64,000 nucleotides of DNA from Spirochaetaceae bacterium (GCA_051531975.1 JAOPTT010000017.1:44597-108596); one strand, 5' to 3'. Shown: positions 52,511 to 63,381, numbered from the stretch's first letter. Numbers and translations are program-made. Notes: a model not told the origin generated them from the sequence alone.

Positions 52511-53455
52511 CTACCACAAACTACTATTGCTTAACTTTTTTGCAATTTTATTGGCAGATAATAGTATTATTAAATTGATGACTCCATTAAATAGATCTAC
52601 TGCTGTAGAAAAACTAAATTGAGCCTGTAAGATTCCCATTTTATATACATAAGTTGATATAATTTCAGAACTTGAAAGATTTAATGGATTCTGCATTAAG
52701 AAAACTTTTTCGAATCCAACCTTCATTATTTTACCAACATTCAGAATCAAAATAATTACGACAGTAGGTAATATCCCAGGGAGATCTATATGGATCATAC
52801 GGTGAAAACGATTGGCACCATCGATTTTAGCTGCTTCGTATAACTGGGGATCGATCCCGGAAAGTGCCGCCATATAAATAATGGCTCCATAACCTGTATT
52901 TTGCCAGATTCCAGAAAGTACATAGATGGGTTTAAACAGTCCCTCTTTTCCTAAAAAATATACGGGATCTCCTCCAAATTGAACGATTATAGTATTAATA
53001 ATACCTGTCCGTGGTGAGAGAAAAATTGATATCAGACCAACTAAAACTACCAAAGATATAAAATGGGGAGCGTATGTTACTGTCTGTACTACTTTTTTAT
53101 ACCTTTTATTATCAACCTGGTGTAACATTAGTGCTAATATTATTGGCATTGGAAAACCAGCAATTAGTTGAAAAAAGCTTAATCCTATAGTATTAAAAAG
53201 TACTTTCCAAAACTGATAACTATTAAAAAAACGGATAAAATGAAAGAAACCAACCCAGGAACTTTTTGTAAATCCTAGAAATGGATTATAATCCTTAAAG
53301 GCAATTTGAATACCATACATAGGCCAATACCTAAAAAGCGCATATATAATTAATGTGGGTAACAACAGTATATATAACTGTAAGTTAACTGTTAGAGCCC
53401 ATCTTGGTGGCTTTCCTTTTAATATTATTTGTTCACTCTTTTTCTCTCTGTTCAT
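52511..53455 (-). CDS. Carbohydrate ABC transporter permease (LplB-like)
   Basis: Y.PMYG..IAFKD, PHFIS, LYEAAKIDGA, GFEK. Confidence 0.93.
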   Translation of the reverse strand: MNREKKSEQIILKGKPPRWALTVNLQLYILLLPTLIIYALFRYWPMYGIQIAFKDYNPFLGFTKSSWVGFFHFIRFFNSYQFWKVLFNTIGLSFFQLIAGFPMPIILALMLHQVDNKRYKKVVQTVTYAPHFISLVVLVGLISIFLSPRTGIINTIIVQFGGDPVYFLGKEGLFKPIYVLSGIWQNTGYGAIIYMAALSGIDPQLYEAAKIDGANRFHRMIHIDLPGILPTVVIILILNVGKIMKVGFEKVFLMQNPLNLSSSEIISTYVYKMGILQAQFSFSTAVDLFNGVINLIILLSANKIAKKLSNSSLW

Positions 53456-53622
53456 GCATAAATACTGTACTTAGTTACCTTATCTGACAATTGGTATTAA
53501 TCTGCTATATTGTGCCAGAATTGAACTTTATGTCATTCTTAAACTAAAACTATGCGATACATAGATATAATACATGTAATTATATCTATGTAGATTGTCA
53601 AAGATATAATATAATTATAGGT

Positions 53623-55815
53623 ATGAAATTTATGAAAAATAATTTTTTCTTTAGGTTGTTAATAACAAATTTATCAGTAATAACAATTGTTATGATTTTA
53701 GTTATAATAATTCAAAACACTCTATTTTTTGAAAGCTATAAAAAGAATATTGTAGTTGGTCATTATAATACACTTAAATATATACAGGATATAATTGATA
53801 AAGAGATTAAAGGGCTGTTTGTATTAAGCAATACTATTTCATATGATAGGGATCTGTCTTATTTTAAATTATCTGAAAATCCACATGAAGCTTATATGGC
53901 GGTTCAAAAACTAAAAAATTATTTTTTGATTAATAGTTTTGTTAATAAAATTATTATCTCTTTTTATAACGATAAGTATCTTTATACATCTGAAGGTAGT
54001 TATACAAAAAATAATTATATCAATTATAACGACAATGAATATAACAAAAATATAAATATATCAGCTATGATCGATGGTAAAATTAAACCTAGGATAATAA
54101 ATACAGATAATACAATTCTGTTTTCATATAAGTACCCTTCCTATGCAATGAGTAGTAGTGGTGTTCTTATTTATGAAGTAGTCAAAGACAATTTTAAAAA
54201 ATTACTTAAAATTAATTATGCTGGCCAGGAAAATTTTAACCTTGTATTTGATACTGAGAAGAATTTTCTAATTTCATCTTTAGAAATAAAGGATGATTGG
54301 ATTTTTGATATAGAGTCAGACCTAAAAAATAAAAACAATGAACATAACAGAGAAAAAATATTTGATATTGAAGGAGAGAAGTTCCTAATGCAGGTTAGTT
54401 CATCAGAAATTACAGGTCTGACTTATGTATCCCTTATATCCAATAATAGAGCCCTCGCACCATTTTATGCCAGCCGGTTATCACTTATATATAGTTTTGC
54501 TTTAATATATTTAATAAGCATTATCTTGAGTCTATTTGTATCTAAGAAGAACTATAATCCTTTTAATAATATGAAAAAAATCTTATTAAAGGGTTCAGAT
54601 GGATTGGGTATACAAAATGAAGTTTTATGGATGCAAAATACTCTAATTTCAATGAACCAAATGATTGATGAGCAAAAATTAGCTTTTAAAAATAACTCAA
54701 TTAATAAACTGATTCAGAATAAATATACCACTTTGAATATGTTTATTTCAGAAATGGAACAGAGCGGTTTTTATTTCCCATATAGTTTATTCGGATTTAT
54801 TATTCTACAGTTTGAAAATGATGAAGATAAAAATTTCATTCTAAAACAGATCAATTTAATAGATTACGATAAATTAAAAATTGTACAAAAAGACAGTATG
54901 TTTACCCAACAGATTCTATTTTTATATAATACCTGCCTCGATGAGGTTTCGTTAAACTTATTACTAAAAAATACATTTGAAATACTAAAACAAGATGGAA
55001 GATTCAATTTAACCATGTGTGTTGGAACATCAGGAGATAATATAAGTGATGTAAATGACTCTTTAATGGAAGCATTTGGAGCCTTAGAATATCAATTTGT
55101 AATAGGAAAAAATAAAATAATTTTTTATAGTGATCTAAAACTTGATGGAGATTTTGAAAGGCCATTAACAGCTGCAGATCTTGATACAATATCTTTTTCA
55201 ATTTACTCAGGTGACATAAAAAATATTACGTCTACAATTAACAATATAATTGATACTCATAATATCCGGAACTTATCACTTTTAAATGCAAAATCTTTAA
55301 TTTATCAGATTGCAAATAGGGTTCTTAGAACCATTGATGAGATATTGCAGAAAAAAGCGTTACCATTATCTTTATCATCGGAATTACATCAACAACTTTA
55401 TATGGGATCAATAGATGAGATGATGGATTCGATTTACGCAGTATTAAAAGATATTGAACCTATTATCAAGAAAGATAATGAACAAAAAAGCAGTAAAACT
55501 GTTAAAATGGCTCAAGAAATAATTAATTCAGGCTTTATGAATTCTGGGTTGTCGGTACAGGATATAGCAGATGATTTAGAAATCTCACTATCCTATCTTA
55601 GTAGGGTATTTAAAAAACATCTAAGCAAAACTATACTCGAATATATTACAGAAAAACGTATAGAAATGGCTAAAAAATTGCTAAAAGAGACAAATATATG
55701 CATTAAAGAGATTATGGAGAAAGTTGGATATTTTGACCTATCTAGTTTTACAAGGAAATTTAAAAATATGACTGGTGTAACTCCAGGAAATTATAGGAAG
55801 AGTTTTGATTTCTAA
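53623..55815 (+). CDS. Membrane-anchored AraC-family regulator (YesS-like)
   Basis: Two TM segments flanking a sensor domain; C-terminal AraC HTH (SYLSRVFKK, FTRKFK..TG.TP..YR). Divergent from the ABC operon. Confidence 0.88.
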   Translation: MKFMKNNFFFRLLITNLSVITIVMILVIIIQNTLFFESYKKNIVVGHYNTLKYIQDIIDKEIKGLFVLSNTISYDRDLSYFKLSENPHEAYMAVQKLKNYFLINSFVNKIIISFYNDKYLYTSEGSYTKNNYINYNDNEYNKNINISAMIDGKIKPRIINTDNTILFSYKYPSYAMSSSGVLIYEVVKDNFKKLLKINYAGQENFNLVFDTEKNFLISSLEIKDDWIFDIESDLKNKNNEHNREKIFDIEGEKFLMQVSSSEITGLTYVSLISNNRALAPFYASRLSLIYSFALIYLISIILSLFVSKKNYNPFNNMKKILLKGSDGLGIQNEVLWMQNTLISMNQMIDEQKLAFKNNSINKLIQNKYTTLNMFISEMEQSGFYFPYSLFGFIILQFENDEDKNFILKQINLIDYDKLKIVQKDSMFTQQILFLYNTCLDEVSLNLLLKNTFEILKQDGRFNLTMCVGTSGDNISDVNDSLMEAFGALEYQFVIGKNKIIFYSDLKLDGDFERPLTAADLDTISFSIYSGDIKNITSTINNIIDTHNIRNLSLLNAKSLIYQIANRVLRTIDEILQKKALPLSLSSELHQQLYMGSIDEMMDSIYAVLKDIEPIIKKDNEQKSSKTVKMAQEIINSGFMNSGLSVQDIADDLEISLSYLSRVFKKHLSKTILEYITEKRIEMAKKLLKETNICIKEIMEKVGYFDLSSFTRKFKNMTGVTPGNYRKSFDF

Positions 55816-55911
55816 TACCTCTAGAGCGTTTACCTTTTACTTTTCTGAATATGCATCATAAATAATTAGTACTATAAAAACTGGAGATCTTATTGAGTCT
55901 GCAATTTTATT

Positions 55912-56658
55912 CTATTTGAAATAATATGATACTGTGGATTTTAAACTGGATCTATATTTATCAATGTTTAAATCGAGTAATGGTGTGAAAACCATTGCAA
56001 GTGTTATAACACCTTCAAATGATTCCCCTAGACTTATTGCCATTGATAATCTTTTAATTCCACGGTCGTTATAGTTTGAATCAACAATCAAAAGACTTTT
56101 TTTTGCAAAAGAGATCTTCTCTTTTATAGTTTTATTATCTAAAGTAATTTTTTCCCCTGTTGGTCCATAAATCCAGAGATCTGTCCCTATATCCCAATTT
56201 GGAGAGTCCCCATAAAAGGCATATCCAATAGTTGTTACTGAGTCTAGCTCACCAAACCATTTTCTAATGTATCCAGCTCTAGCTGCTACATAAATTTCAG
56301 ATTCCAGAGGGGAAGAACGCTGAATAAGTTTAAGACCATTGCCCCAGGGTTCATACCACTCAGCTGTGACACCAAGATCCAGGGACAGTTTTTCTAGGCA
56401 CTGTTGTATTTTAGTCTTAAAATCCAGCTCATTTTTATTAGACCGCGCAATGGCAGCTAAAGATTTATAGTTTTTTGTTCTTTCATCTCTTTCCACCAAC
56501 TTCAATTCAATTAGAGTTTGAAGCATACGTAAAATGGATGCCTTTGGGTAGGATGTATTCTGTCGAATCTGCTCAAGAGATAGTTCTCCACTCATATTTA
56601 AAAGCTGCCATATCTGAATCCCACGGTATAAACCCGGTACCTGACTATCTTTATTCAT
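55912..56658 (-). CDS. IclR-family transcriptional regulator
   Basis: VPGL.RG..I, PKASILRMLQTL...LVE N-terminal HTH. Confidence 0.8.
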   Translation of the reverse strand: MNKDSQVPGLYRGIQIWQLLNMSGELSLEQIRQNTSYPKASILRMLQTLIELKLVERDERTKNYKSLAAIARSNKNELDFKTKIQQCLEKLSLDLGVTAEWYEPWGNGLKLIQRSSPLESEIYVAARAGYIRKWFGELDSVTTIGYAFYGDSPNWDIGTDLWIYGPTGEKITLDNKTIKEKISFAKKSLLIVDSNYNDRGIKRLSMAISLGESFEGVITLAMVFTPLLDLNIDKYRSSLKSTVSYYFK

Positions 56659-56695
56659 AATCTAAAACATCCCATAAAATATATAATATACCAGA

Positions 56696-58318
56696 TTAGA
56701 GCTCATCGGCAAGCCAACCTTTTAGTGTCCAGTCCCTTCTTCTAAGCTCAGTTTTTGTTCTTTTTATGTCCTGTATACCACATATCATTTCTGATAATAT
56801 AGGTAGAGTTGTATCTATAGTTCCATGGGTATTTATCACACAATCCATTAATGCTTTATACTCCAAATGCATAAAAGGATGGAAGTGTGAAATGAATACA
56901 ACAGGTAAACCCATATGTGCCCAACCTCCCATTAAATTCCTAGCCTGTGCACCATGAAACCTAATTACGTTAGTTCCAAAATTATACTCGTTACCAATGG
57001 AACAAATAATTAGATCAAAATCCTTGTTTTTTACAGCCTGTATTATTTTTGCATTTCCTGGATCCACCCACTCTTCTACACTTTTAAAATTTTTTTTAAG
57101 GTTAGTAGTATAACTCTCCAAAAGTTTAATCTGATTAAATAGTGGATTTACTAATATTAGATGCAGAACTCTTTTGCTTTTACTATCTTTTATAGGCAGT
57201 AGCTTAGCTCTATCTCTCATTACTGTTATGGATGATTTAATAACTTCGTGTGCAGTAGACTGATGATTTTCTTTAATAAAATCTGGGGAAATTTCTCTAA
57301 AACTATTATTAATTTGTTCTTTAAAAGCTAATACTCTAGCAGCCCTATTTTGTAGATTCTCTATTTTTAATATACCTTCAATAATAAGCTGAGTTAACTC
57401 TTCAATAAATTCTGTATCAGGATTTACAAAAAGTAGAATATCTCCACCATATTCTAAAAATCTGGCACAGGCTTCAAAATAGTTCATAAAACCTGAAAAT
57501 CCAATCATTTTTACAGCATCTGAAATTATAATCCCATCAAAACCAAGTTCGTCTTTTAATAGCCCCGTTAATAATTTTTTAGATAAAGTTGCTGGTGGGT
57601 ATTCCCCGTTATGCTGCCAAACATCGTCATAAGCCGGAAAACTTATATGTCCAGGCATTATACTCATAACTCCACTCTCTATAACATTTTTATAAACTTT
57701 CCCAGATGTTTCATTCCATTCATTGTATGTTAGAGGGATTTCCGGAGTTGTTAGGTGTTGATCGTAAATACCAAAACCATCCCCTGGGAAATGTTTCGCT
57801 GTTGCTATCATTCCATGATCCTGACAACCATTTATATATGCGATACCATAATCTATAACTTCAATAGGTGTTAACCCTGCACTTCTGTTTGAAGTTGTAG
57901 GTGTATCAGGATTTGCACATATATCAACAGCTGGACCTAGAGTCCAGTTATATCCTAATTTTCTGCCCTCTAATGCTGCAGCTTTACCCATTTCATATGC
58001 TAGTTCAGGTTTTCCTGTAACGCTACAGCTAAAAAGTGATGGAAATTTTGTAGCATCACTTATCATAGAGCCAGGTCCCGCTTCAAAATCACTGCAAACA
58101 AATGGTTGTGTTGTTTTCTGTTTAGTAACAATATTCATCATATTATTATGATAATCACTATTACCTTGGTGTATAAATGCTGTTGCTGTATCTAATCGTT
58201 CTGGATGATAATCCTCTGATATATAATTTGGACAACACACCAAATATAGCAAATCTTTAATACTCATTTTTTCCACAATATCTAAGTGATCTTTTTTAAT
58301 GTTAATTTTATATTTCAT
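56696..58318 (-). CDS. GH3 glycoside hydrolase (beta-hexosaminidase/beta-glucosidase type)
   Basis: D.E.G, KHFPGDG, IMPGHI, ATLS, GFDGIIISD (nucleophile Asp). Confidence 0.9.
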   Translation of the reverse strand: MKYKINIKKDHLDIVEKMSIKDLLYLVCCPNYISEDYHPERLDTATAFIHQGNSDYHNNMMNIVTKQKTTQPFVCSDFEAGPGSMISDATKFPSLFSCSVTGKPELAYEMGKAAALEGRKLGYNWTLGPAVDICANPDTPTTSNRSAGLTPIEVIDYGIAYINGCQDHGMIATAKHFPGDGFGIYDQHLTTPEIPLTYNEWNETSGKVYKNVIESGVMSIMPGHISFPAYDDVWQHNGEYPPATLSKKLLTGLLKDELGFDGIIISDAVKMIGFSGFMNYFEACARFLEYGGDILLFVNPDTEFIEELTQLIIEGILKIENLQNRAARVLAFKEQINNSFREISPDFIKENHQSTAHEVIKSSITVMRDRAKLLPIKDSKSKRVLHLILVNPLFNQIKLLESYTTNLKKNFKSVEEWVDPGNAKIIQAVKNKDFDLIICSIGNEYNFGTNVIRFHGAQARNLMGGWAHMGLPVVFISHFHPFMHLEYKALMDCVINTHGTIDTTLPILSEMICGIQDIKRTKTELRRRDWTLKGWLADEL

Positions 58319-58327
58319 ATTATCTCC

Positions 58328-59821
58328 TTATGCCGGTGCGGTTCTAACCCTAAGTGTTCCATCTTTTTCCATTTCAGCACCTATGTACTTCATTATTACT
58401 CTATCTTTATCAACTTTATAATCTTCATTATTCCATAAATTATTATACTGGTTTGGATCTTTCTGCATATCGTATAACTCTCCATAATCTCTTGTATATA
58501 CAACCATTTTATAGTGTTCATATAAAAATGTTTTTTGCATAAAATCTGATTCTGTGGGTCTAAACTCAACCTGAACCCAATCTCTACTGTTTTTATTTGA
58601 ATTTATCCAACTATCTCTTTGGTCTATACCCTGAATAAGAGGTTCAGATGAACACCCAGCTTCTGCTAAAATTACAGACGCAACATCTAGATTACTTTGA
58701 AAGGCTTTACTATGTTTGCCTTTAGTTTCACATTCAGGATAAGATACTATAAAAGGAATTCTTAAAGCATCATCATATGCTGGTAAACCTTTCCACCATA
58801 ATCCATGGTTACCCATATAGTCACCATGATCTGATGTAAAAATAATTATTGTATTATCTATCAATCCCTCATCTTCTAGTTTATCAATTATCCTACCAAT
58901 ATGATGATCCATTAATGAAACCATGGCATAATATTTTGTCATTATATCACGGCTCTTTTTTTCATCCATATCTAAAGTTTTACTATTTCTAACACAGTGC
59001 CATGGTTTTTCTCCAAAGTCCTCTGACCCACCAAAATTACCATCTGTTATTATGTTTTTATATAAAGCAGGTTTATCATCCATCTCCCCCATCTCTTGTT
59101 TATAATATGGCATATCCTCTGCCTTATACATCGAAGCCCACGGTTCTGGAACAACACATGGATTGTGTGGATCTTGGAAACTAGACCAAATAAAAAAGGG
59201 GGTTCCTTTCTTTTTAAATTCATCAATTGTTTCTAATGTTTCATCTGCTGTCCATTTGGAGTTATGTAACTCTTCAGGTAGATTCCATGTCCCAAAGCCG
59301 GAATAATCATGATTTCCAAAATAATCGTCTGTATTAATACCCTTGTTTTTTAGCCATGCACCATAATGCATTCCAGAAGCGTGTTTTTCTGATGAATGAC
59401 CAATAACTAGTTTGGCCTTTTGGAATCCATAATATGGTCCTTGCCAACTATCAAAATATTCTTTATTAAATATATTTGGTGCAGCTTCGAAACTATTTTC
59501 ATCAAGACAGGATTGAAAATGAGCTTTACCTATTAATGCTGTAGAATATCCATTTTCATTCAAAACCCCAGGTACAGTTGGATAATCTTCTGGTAAATTT
59601 GTTCCTATAGTATAACATCCGTGCCTGGATGGGTAATGGCCTGTTAACATACTACATCTTGATGGAGTACATACAGGATTAACTGTGTATGCTCTATCAA
59701 ATGTAATTCCATTTTGTGATAACCTATCAAGGTTTGGAGTTTTAATCCTATCATTATAGACCCCTAGAGTATCCCATCTTTGTTGATCACTTGTTATTAA
59801 CAAAACATTTTTTCTTTCCAT
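58328..59821 (-). CDS. Formylglycine-dependent sulfatase
   Basis: ITSDQ, PVCTPSR..MLTG, IGKAH, DPH.P, TSDHG. Confidence 0.94.
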   Translation of the reverse strand: MERKNVLLITSDQQRWDTLGVYNDRIKTPNLDRLSQNGITFDRAYTVNPVCTPSRCSMLTGHYPSRHGCYTIGTNLPEDYPTVPGVLNENGYSTALIGKAHFQSCLDENSFEAAPNIFNKEYFDSWQGPYYGFQKAKLVIGHSSEKHASGMHYGAWLKNKGINTDDYFGNHDYSGFGTWNLPEELHNSKWTADETLETIDEFKKKGTPFFIWSSFQDPHNPCVVPEPWASMYKAEDMPYYKQEMGEMDDKPALYKNIITDGNFGGSEDFGEKPWHCVRNSKTLDMDEKKSRDIMTKYYAMVSLMDHHIGRIIDKLEDEGLIDNTIIIFTSDHGDYMGNHGLWWKGLPAYDDALRIPFIVSYPECETKGKHSKAFQSNLDVASVILAEAGCSSEPLIQGIDQRDSWINSNKNSRDWVQVEFRPTESDFMQKTFLYEHYKMVVYTRDYGELYDMQKDPNQYNNLWNNEDYKVDKDRVIMKYIGAEMEKDGTLRVRTAPA

Positions 59822-59830
59822 CTATTACTC

Positions 59831-61267
59831 CTATTTTATTAGTGGTGCCCATGAAGTTTGAGCAGCAGGTGTTTTATCTTTTAAAATAATACGTCTATTT
59901 CGACAACTAATTATTTCTTCTTTATATCTTTTATCATCTATAATGTTAACTTGTTCGTTGGGATCAGATTTTAAATCATATAATTCTTCTGTGATGTTTA
60001 TAAAATCATTAAAATATATAATGTACTTAAAGTTATCAGTTTGGATCATCTCCCATTCGTTATTAAATTCTGTAAAACTAAAATCTCTGATACTTTCTTT
60101 CTGTTCTTTAATTAATGGTAATAATGAGATGCATGGAATTATATTGTTGAATGCTGGCCAATCTTTGCTTAAAGAATGAATAGGATTTAGACCGGCGATA
60201 TCTAATATGGTTGCAGTAAAATCTATTATTTCAATAGGAGAGCTATTAACAATTTTATTTAAATAATCGGGATGTCTAATTGCAGCTGGTACTGTACAGG
60301 ATTGTTTCCATGGAACCATTTTTTCCATTCTTCCATGGTCTCCCAACATATCCCCATGATCCGATGTGAAAAGTATTACAGTATCTTTTAATAAATCTTT
60401 CTTTTCTAAAATGTGGAATATTTTACCAATTTGGTCATCCACCAACTTAACCATGGCTTTTGCAGATCTTCTTTGTTTATACAACTTATCTTTTATATCA
60501 TCAGTAAGAATTTCACCATTATATAGAATAAAATCATCTTTCTCTTCATGTGGAATAAGGTCTAAATACTCTTTAGGTGGATCGTATGGTTTATGTGGGC
60601 TGCAGAATGAGCCATATATAAAAAATGGTCTGCTTTTAGGTGCATGTTGTATTGTTTCAACAATTTTATCCCCTATTATAACATCTACATAATCCTCAGT
60701 TCTAAATGGCCAGTATTCCGGTTCTTTTTTTAAATCTTTAGCATATTTGCTATTTTGTCCTGCGGACTCTACAAAATCTCTATAACTATCTAATTTTCCT
60801 TTTTTATCCAGATAGGCACAATAGTCACAGTAATTTTTAGTTGCTAACTGTTTTCCTGAACTCTCCCATATAACATCGAAACCATAATCTTTAATGTCAT
60901 CTTTTATTGTATTTAGTGGAATACCCTTCCCTCTTTTTGTATTCCAATCCCATGTTTGAAGAAAATGGAATTTCCCAATACCTGCTGTAAAATAACCCTT
61001 CTTCTGTAGAGCTTTCGTATAGGTTGGAATTTGTCTACTTAGATCTCCAGACATGGCAAGGGTTCCAATCTGATGTGGATATCTACCGGAAAGAAGTGCT
61101 GTTCTAGCTGGTGTACAAACCGGGTTTACCGTCTGGCAATTAGTGAATCCAATAGATTCAGCAATTCTATCAATATTTGGAGTTTTAAAATTAGATTTTC
61201 CACTATAACCAACATAATCTAATCTTTGCTGATCTGTCATGATAAAAACTATATTCTTTAATTTCAT
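59831..61267 (-). CDS. Formylglycine-dependent sulfatase
   Basis: MTDQ, PVCTPAR..LLSG, IGKFH, PHKP, TSDHG. Confidence 0.94.
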   Translation of the reverse strand: MKLKNIVFIMTDQQRLDYVGYSGKSNFKTPNIDRIAESIGFTNCQTVNPVCTPARTALLSGRYPHQIGTLAMSGDLSRQIPTYTKALQKKGYFTAGIGKFHFLQTWDWNTKRGKGIPLNTIKDDIKDYGFDVIWESSGKQLATKNYCDYCAYLDKKGKLDSYRDFVESAGQNSKYAKDLKKEPEYWPFRTEDYVDVIIGDKIVETIQHAPKSRPFFIYGSFCSPHKPYDPPKEYLDLIPHEEKDDFILYNGEILTDDIKDKLYKQRRSAKAMVKLVDDQIGKIFHILEKKDLLKDTVILFTSDHGDMLGDHGRMEKMVPWKQSCTVPAAIRHPDYLNKIVNSSPIEIIDFTATILDIAGLNPIHSLSKDWPAFNNIIPCISLLPLIKEQKESIRDFSFTEFNNEWEMIQTDNFKYIIYFNDFINITEELYDLKSDPNEQVNIIDDKRYKEEIISCRNRRIILKDKTPAAQTSWAPLIK

Positions 61268-61274
61268 ATACTAA

Positions 61275-61302
61275 ACAATATCATATTTGAAACTATTGTC
61301 AA
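61275..61302 (-). promoter_or_regulatory. Sigma-70-type promoter of the sulfatase-sulfatase-GH3-IclR operon
   Basis: TTGACA-N16-TATTGT with TGn; the -10 box lies 7 nt before the ATG. Confidence 0.5.
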
Positions 61303-61542
61303 TATTTTACCTGCTTTCATTATAATAATTATATATTTTATAGCTAAGCAACTACTCGGTAATACGTTTTAATGGAATCATAATACGTTTTTTTTATCGT
61401 TAAAATGACTGTTTTTACTTATTTGCCAATAATATAAAATATAATTCATCATTTTAAAACAATATGATAAATAAGTGTTTTATTATGGGATCATATAACA
61501 CATCCAGCAAGACAAGACTATCCGTGAATGATAAGATAACCG

Positions 61543-61923
61543 ATGCCTAAAAGAATTCACAAAGAACTTACTAAAATCAAATACTCAGATGGCGAAACTG
61601 TTGGTCAAAGGATAACTGAAATACGAAAAGTACGAGGTTATACTCAAGTTGAACTTGCAGAAAAAATTGGTATTGCACGTGATTTACTTTCCAGTTACGA
61701 ATTAGGTAGAGTTCGGATTTATGACGAAATGATCTACAGGCTAGCCCTAATTCTTGAAGTATCTACAGACAGACTCCTTGGCTTTGAAAAAAGAGAGGAA
61801 GTTGCAGAAAGTGTCAGTCTCAGATATACCAGAAGAATAAAACAAATAGAAACACTCCCTGAGCATAAGATAAGAATGATATTAAAAATGATAGATGATT
61901 CTATCAAGGCCAACAAAGAATAA
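61543..61923 (+). CDS. XRE-family HTH transcriptional regulator
   Basis: GQRI...RK.RGYTQVELAEKIGI.....S.YE.G, and L.VSTD.LLG. Confidence 0.9.
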   Translation: MPKRIHKELTKIKYSDGETVGQRITEIRKVRGYTQVELAEKIGIARDLLSSYELGRVRIYDEMIYRLALILEVSTDRLLGFEKREEVAESVSLRYTRRIKQIETLPEHKIRMILKMIDDSIKANKE

Positions 61924-62313
61924 GTATCTTCAAACGAATCATAAAGACAACATTTAGAGGTATTTGTAATAATCATACTGGCTTAATAAATTCCTTACAA
62001 AGATTTTTGTTTATCAGATAGCCCACAGCATCAATTAAGGATGCCTCCTACAAATTATTTTCATGAGTATTATCTAAAATATCAATAGAAAGTATATAAA
62101 CCTTTATTATCTTAGATTTGAAATCAAAATACCATCTTTCATATGGATTCAGACTTACTTTACATCTAATTGTTAATAAACCTATTCTAAAGTCTCTTTT
62201 TGGAATACAAACTAATAATAAATTTTATTTCTCTATATATAATTTAAATAACATAATGTAAACAGGGTTGTTTTTTTTACTCTTCTATTTGTAATTAATA
62301 TAATTTTAAGGAT

Positions 62314-62592
62314 TCAATCCTCAACCTCTTTTAGCCGATTATTAAAGCATTTTTTTGCATAAAGGACTTCCTCTGATAATTTTAAATAGGCAACCTTTAA
62401 AGAATTCAGATTCACCTCTGCATTACCTTTTAAGCAAATATCCCTTAATTGGTAAACATTCTTTCCCTCAAAAAACAGTTCACAAATAGTAACTTTTCCT
62501 ATCTGTAATACTTCTATTTTTTCTAGAATACAAGTGTTAATATAATAAAAACAAGCTTCATATATATCACAGGTGGTAATTATATTCTTCAT
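62314..62592 (-). CDS. Small hypothetical protein, phage/mobile-element-like (DUF5659-like by eye)
   Basis: GGAG RBS before ATG 62592; T.DIYEA.FY...F.G...VNL..LK.AY pattern. The family call is tentative. Confidence 0.45.
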   Translation of the reverse strand: MKNIITTCDIYEACFYYINTCILEKIEVLQIGKVTICELFFEGKNVYQLRDICLKGNAEVNLNSLKVAYLKLSEEVLYAKKCFNNRLKEVED

Positions 62593-63323
62593 ATTATCTC
62601 CAATAGTATGAAATCTATTATTTGACAAAAAAATTTAATTAAAATGTCAGAAAAGGTTTATTATTTCTTTTAAAATTTCAGGTATTGTTATTATGGTACA
62701 GTTATCCATTCATAAAAAAATATTTTATGAATCCTTAAATCGTTTGTTTTTTTTAATAATACTTCAGTAAATTATATATTTTACAATACAGATAAAAAGT
62801 TTATTTTTTTATTATGTGTCTATAATACACATTAATCAAGTGTAAAATCCTAATAAAAAACTCAATATTTACCTTTATTATTCTATTTGTCTAATAATCA
62901 TTGATGATTAATACTTCTCATGAAGCTTAGAATGGAAGAATATCCCCTGCGTGAGTAGTTATAGTTTTAAATTTAATGATTAACTTAATCCATTCAGCCA
63001 CTATAACCTATCTTATTGCTCATTCTCAGTCAATTAACCTCAATTAATGTCATTTTTTTAATACAACAACATGAATTACTAAACTGTTCAACAACTTCTA
63101 AATTCAATTTTATATATATATCTTATAATTATTACGCTACCTTTAGAGCCAAAAATCAATCATAACTGAATATATGAATATCTTTCTGGGAATTACGACA
63201 TTTATTTTACTAGGTAATTTTTCAAATATAATAAATATTTGAAATGTATAGAGGATAAAAATAAAAGTGATATTTAAAACAGATTGGACGATTCCTTCTT
63301 TTAGCGAAATCGTTATAAACAAA

Positions 63324-63348
63324 AAAACCAACCCTATAGGTTGGTTTT
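63324..63348. terminator. Perfect inverted repeat, bidirectional rho-independent terminator
   Basis: AAAACCAACC-ctata-GGTTGGTTTT with A/T tails on both sides. Confidence 0.75.
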
Positions 63349-63381
63349 ATATGTGTATTCAATTTCATTTATTACTTTTGA

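Noticed and set aside
15378..60692. Many short antisense ORFs in the track (e.g. 16015-16506, 17590-18084, 21755-22249, 42186-42521)
   Set aside because: Shadow ORFs opposite well-supported genes, with no recognisable motifs.
61461..61492. dif-like site (ATAA-N8-TTATG) upstream of the XRE gene
   Set aside because: The spacer is 8 bp and the XerD arm is poor; this is expected by chance in AT-rich DNA.
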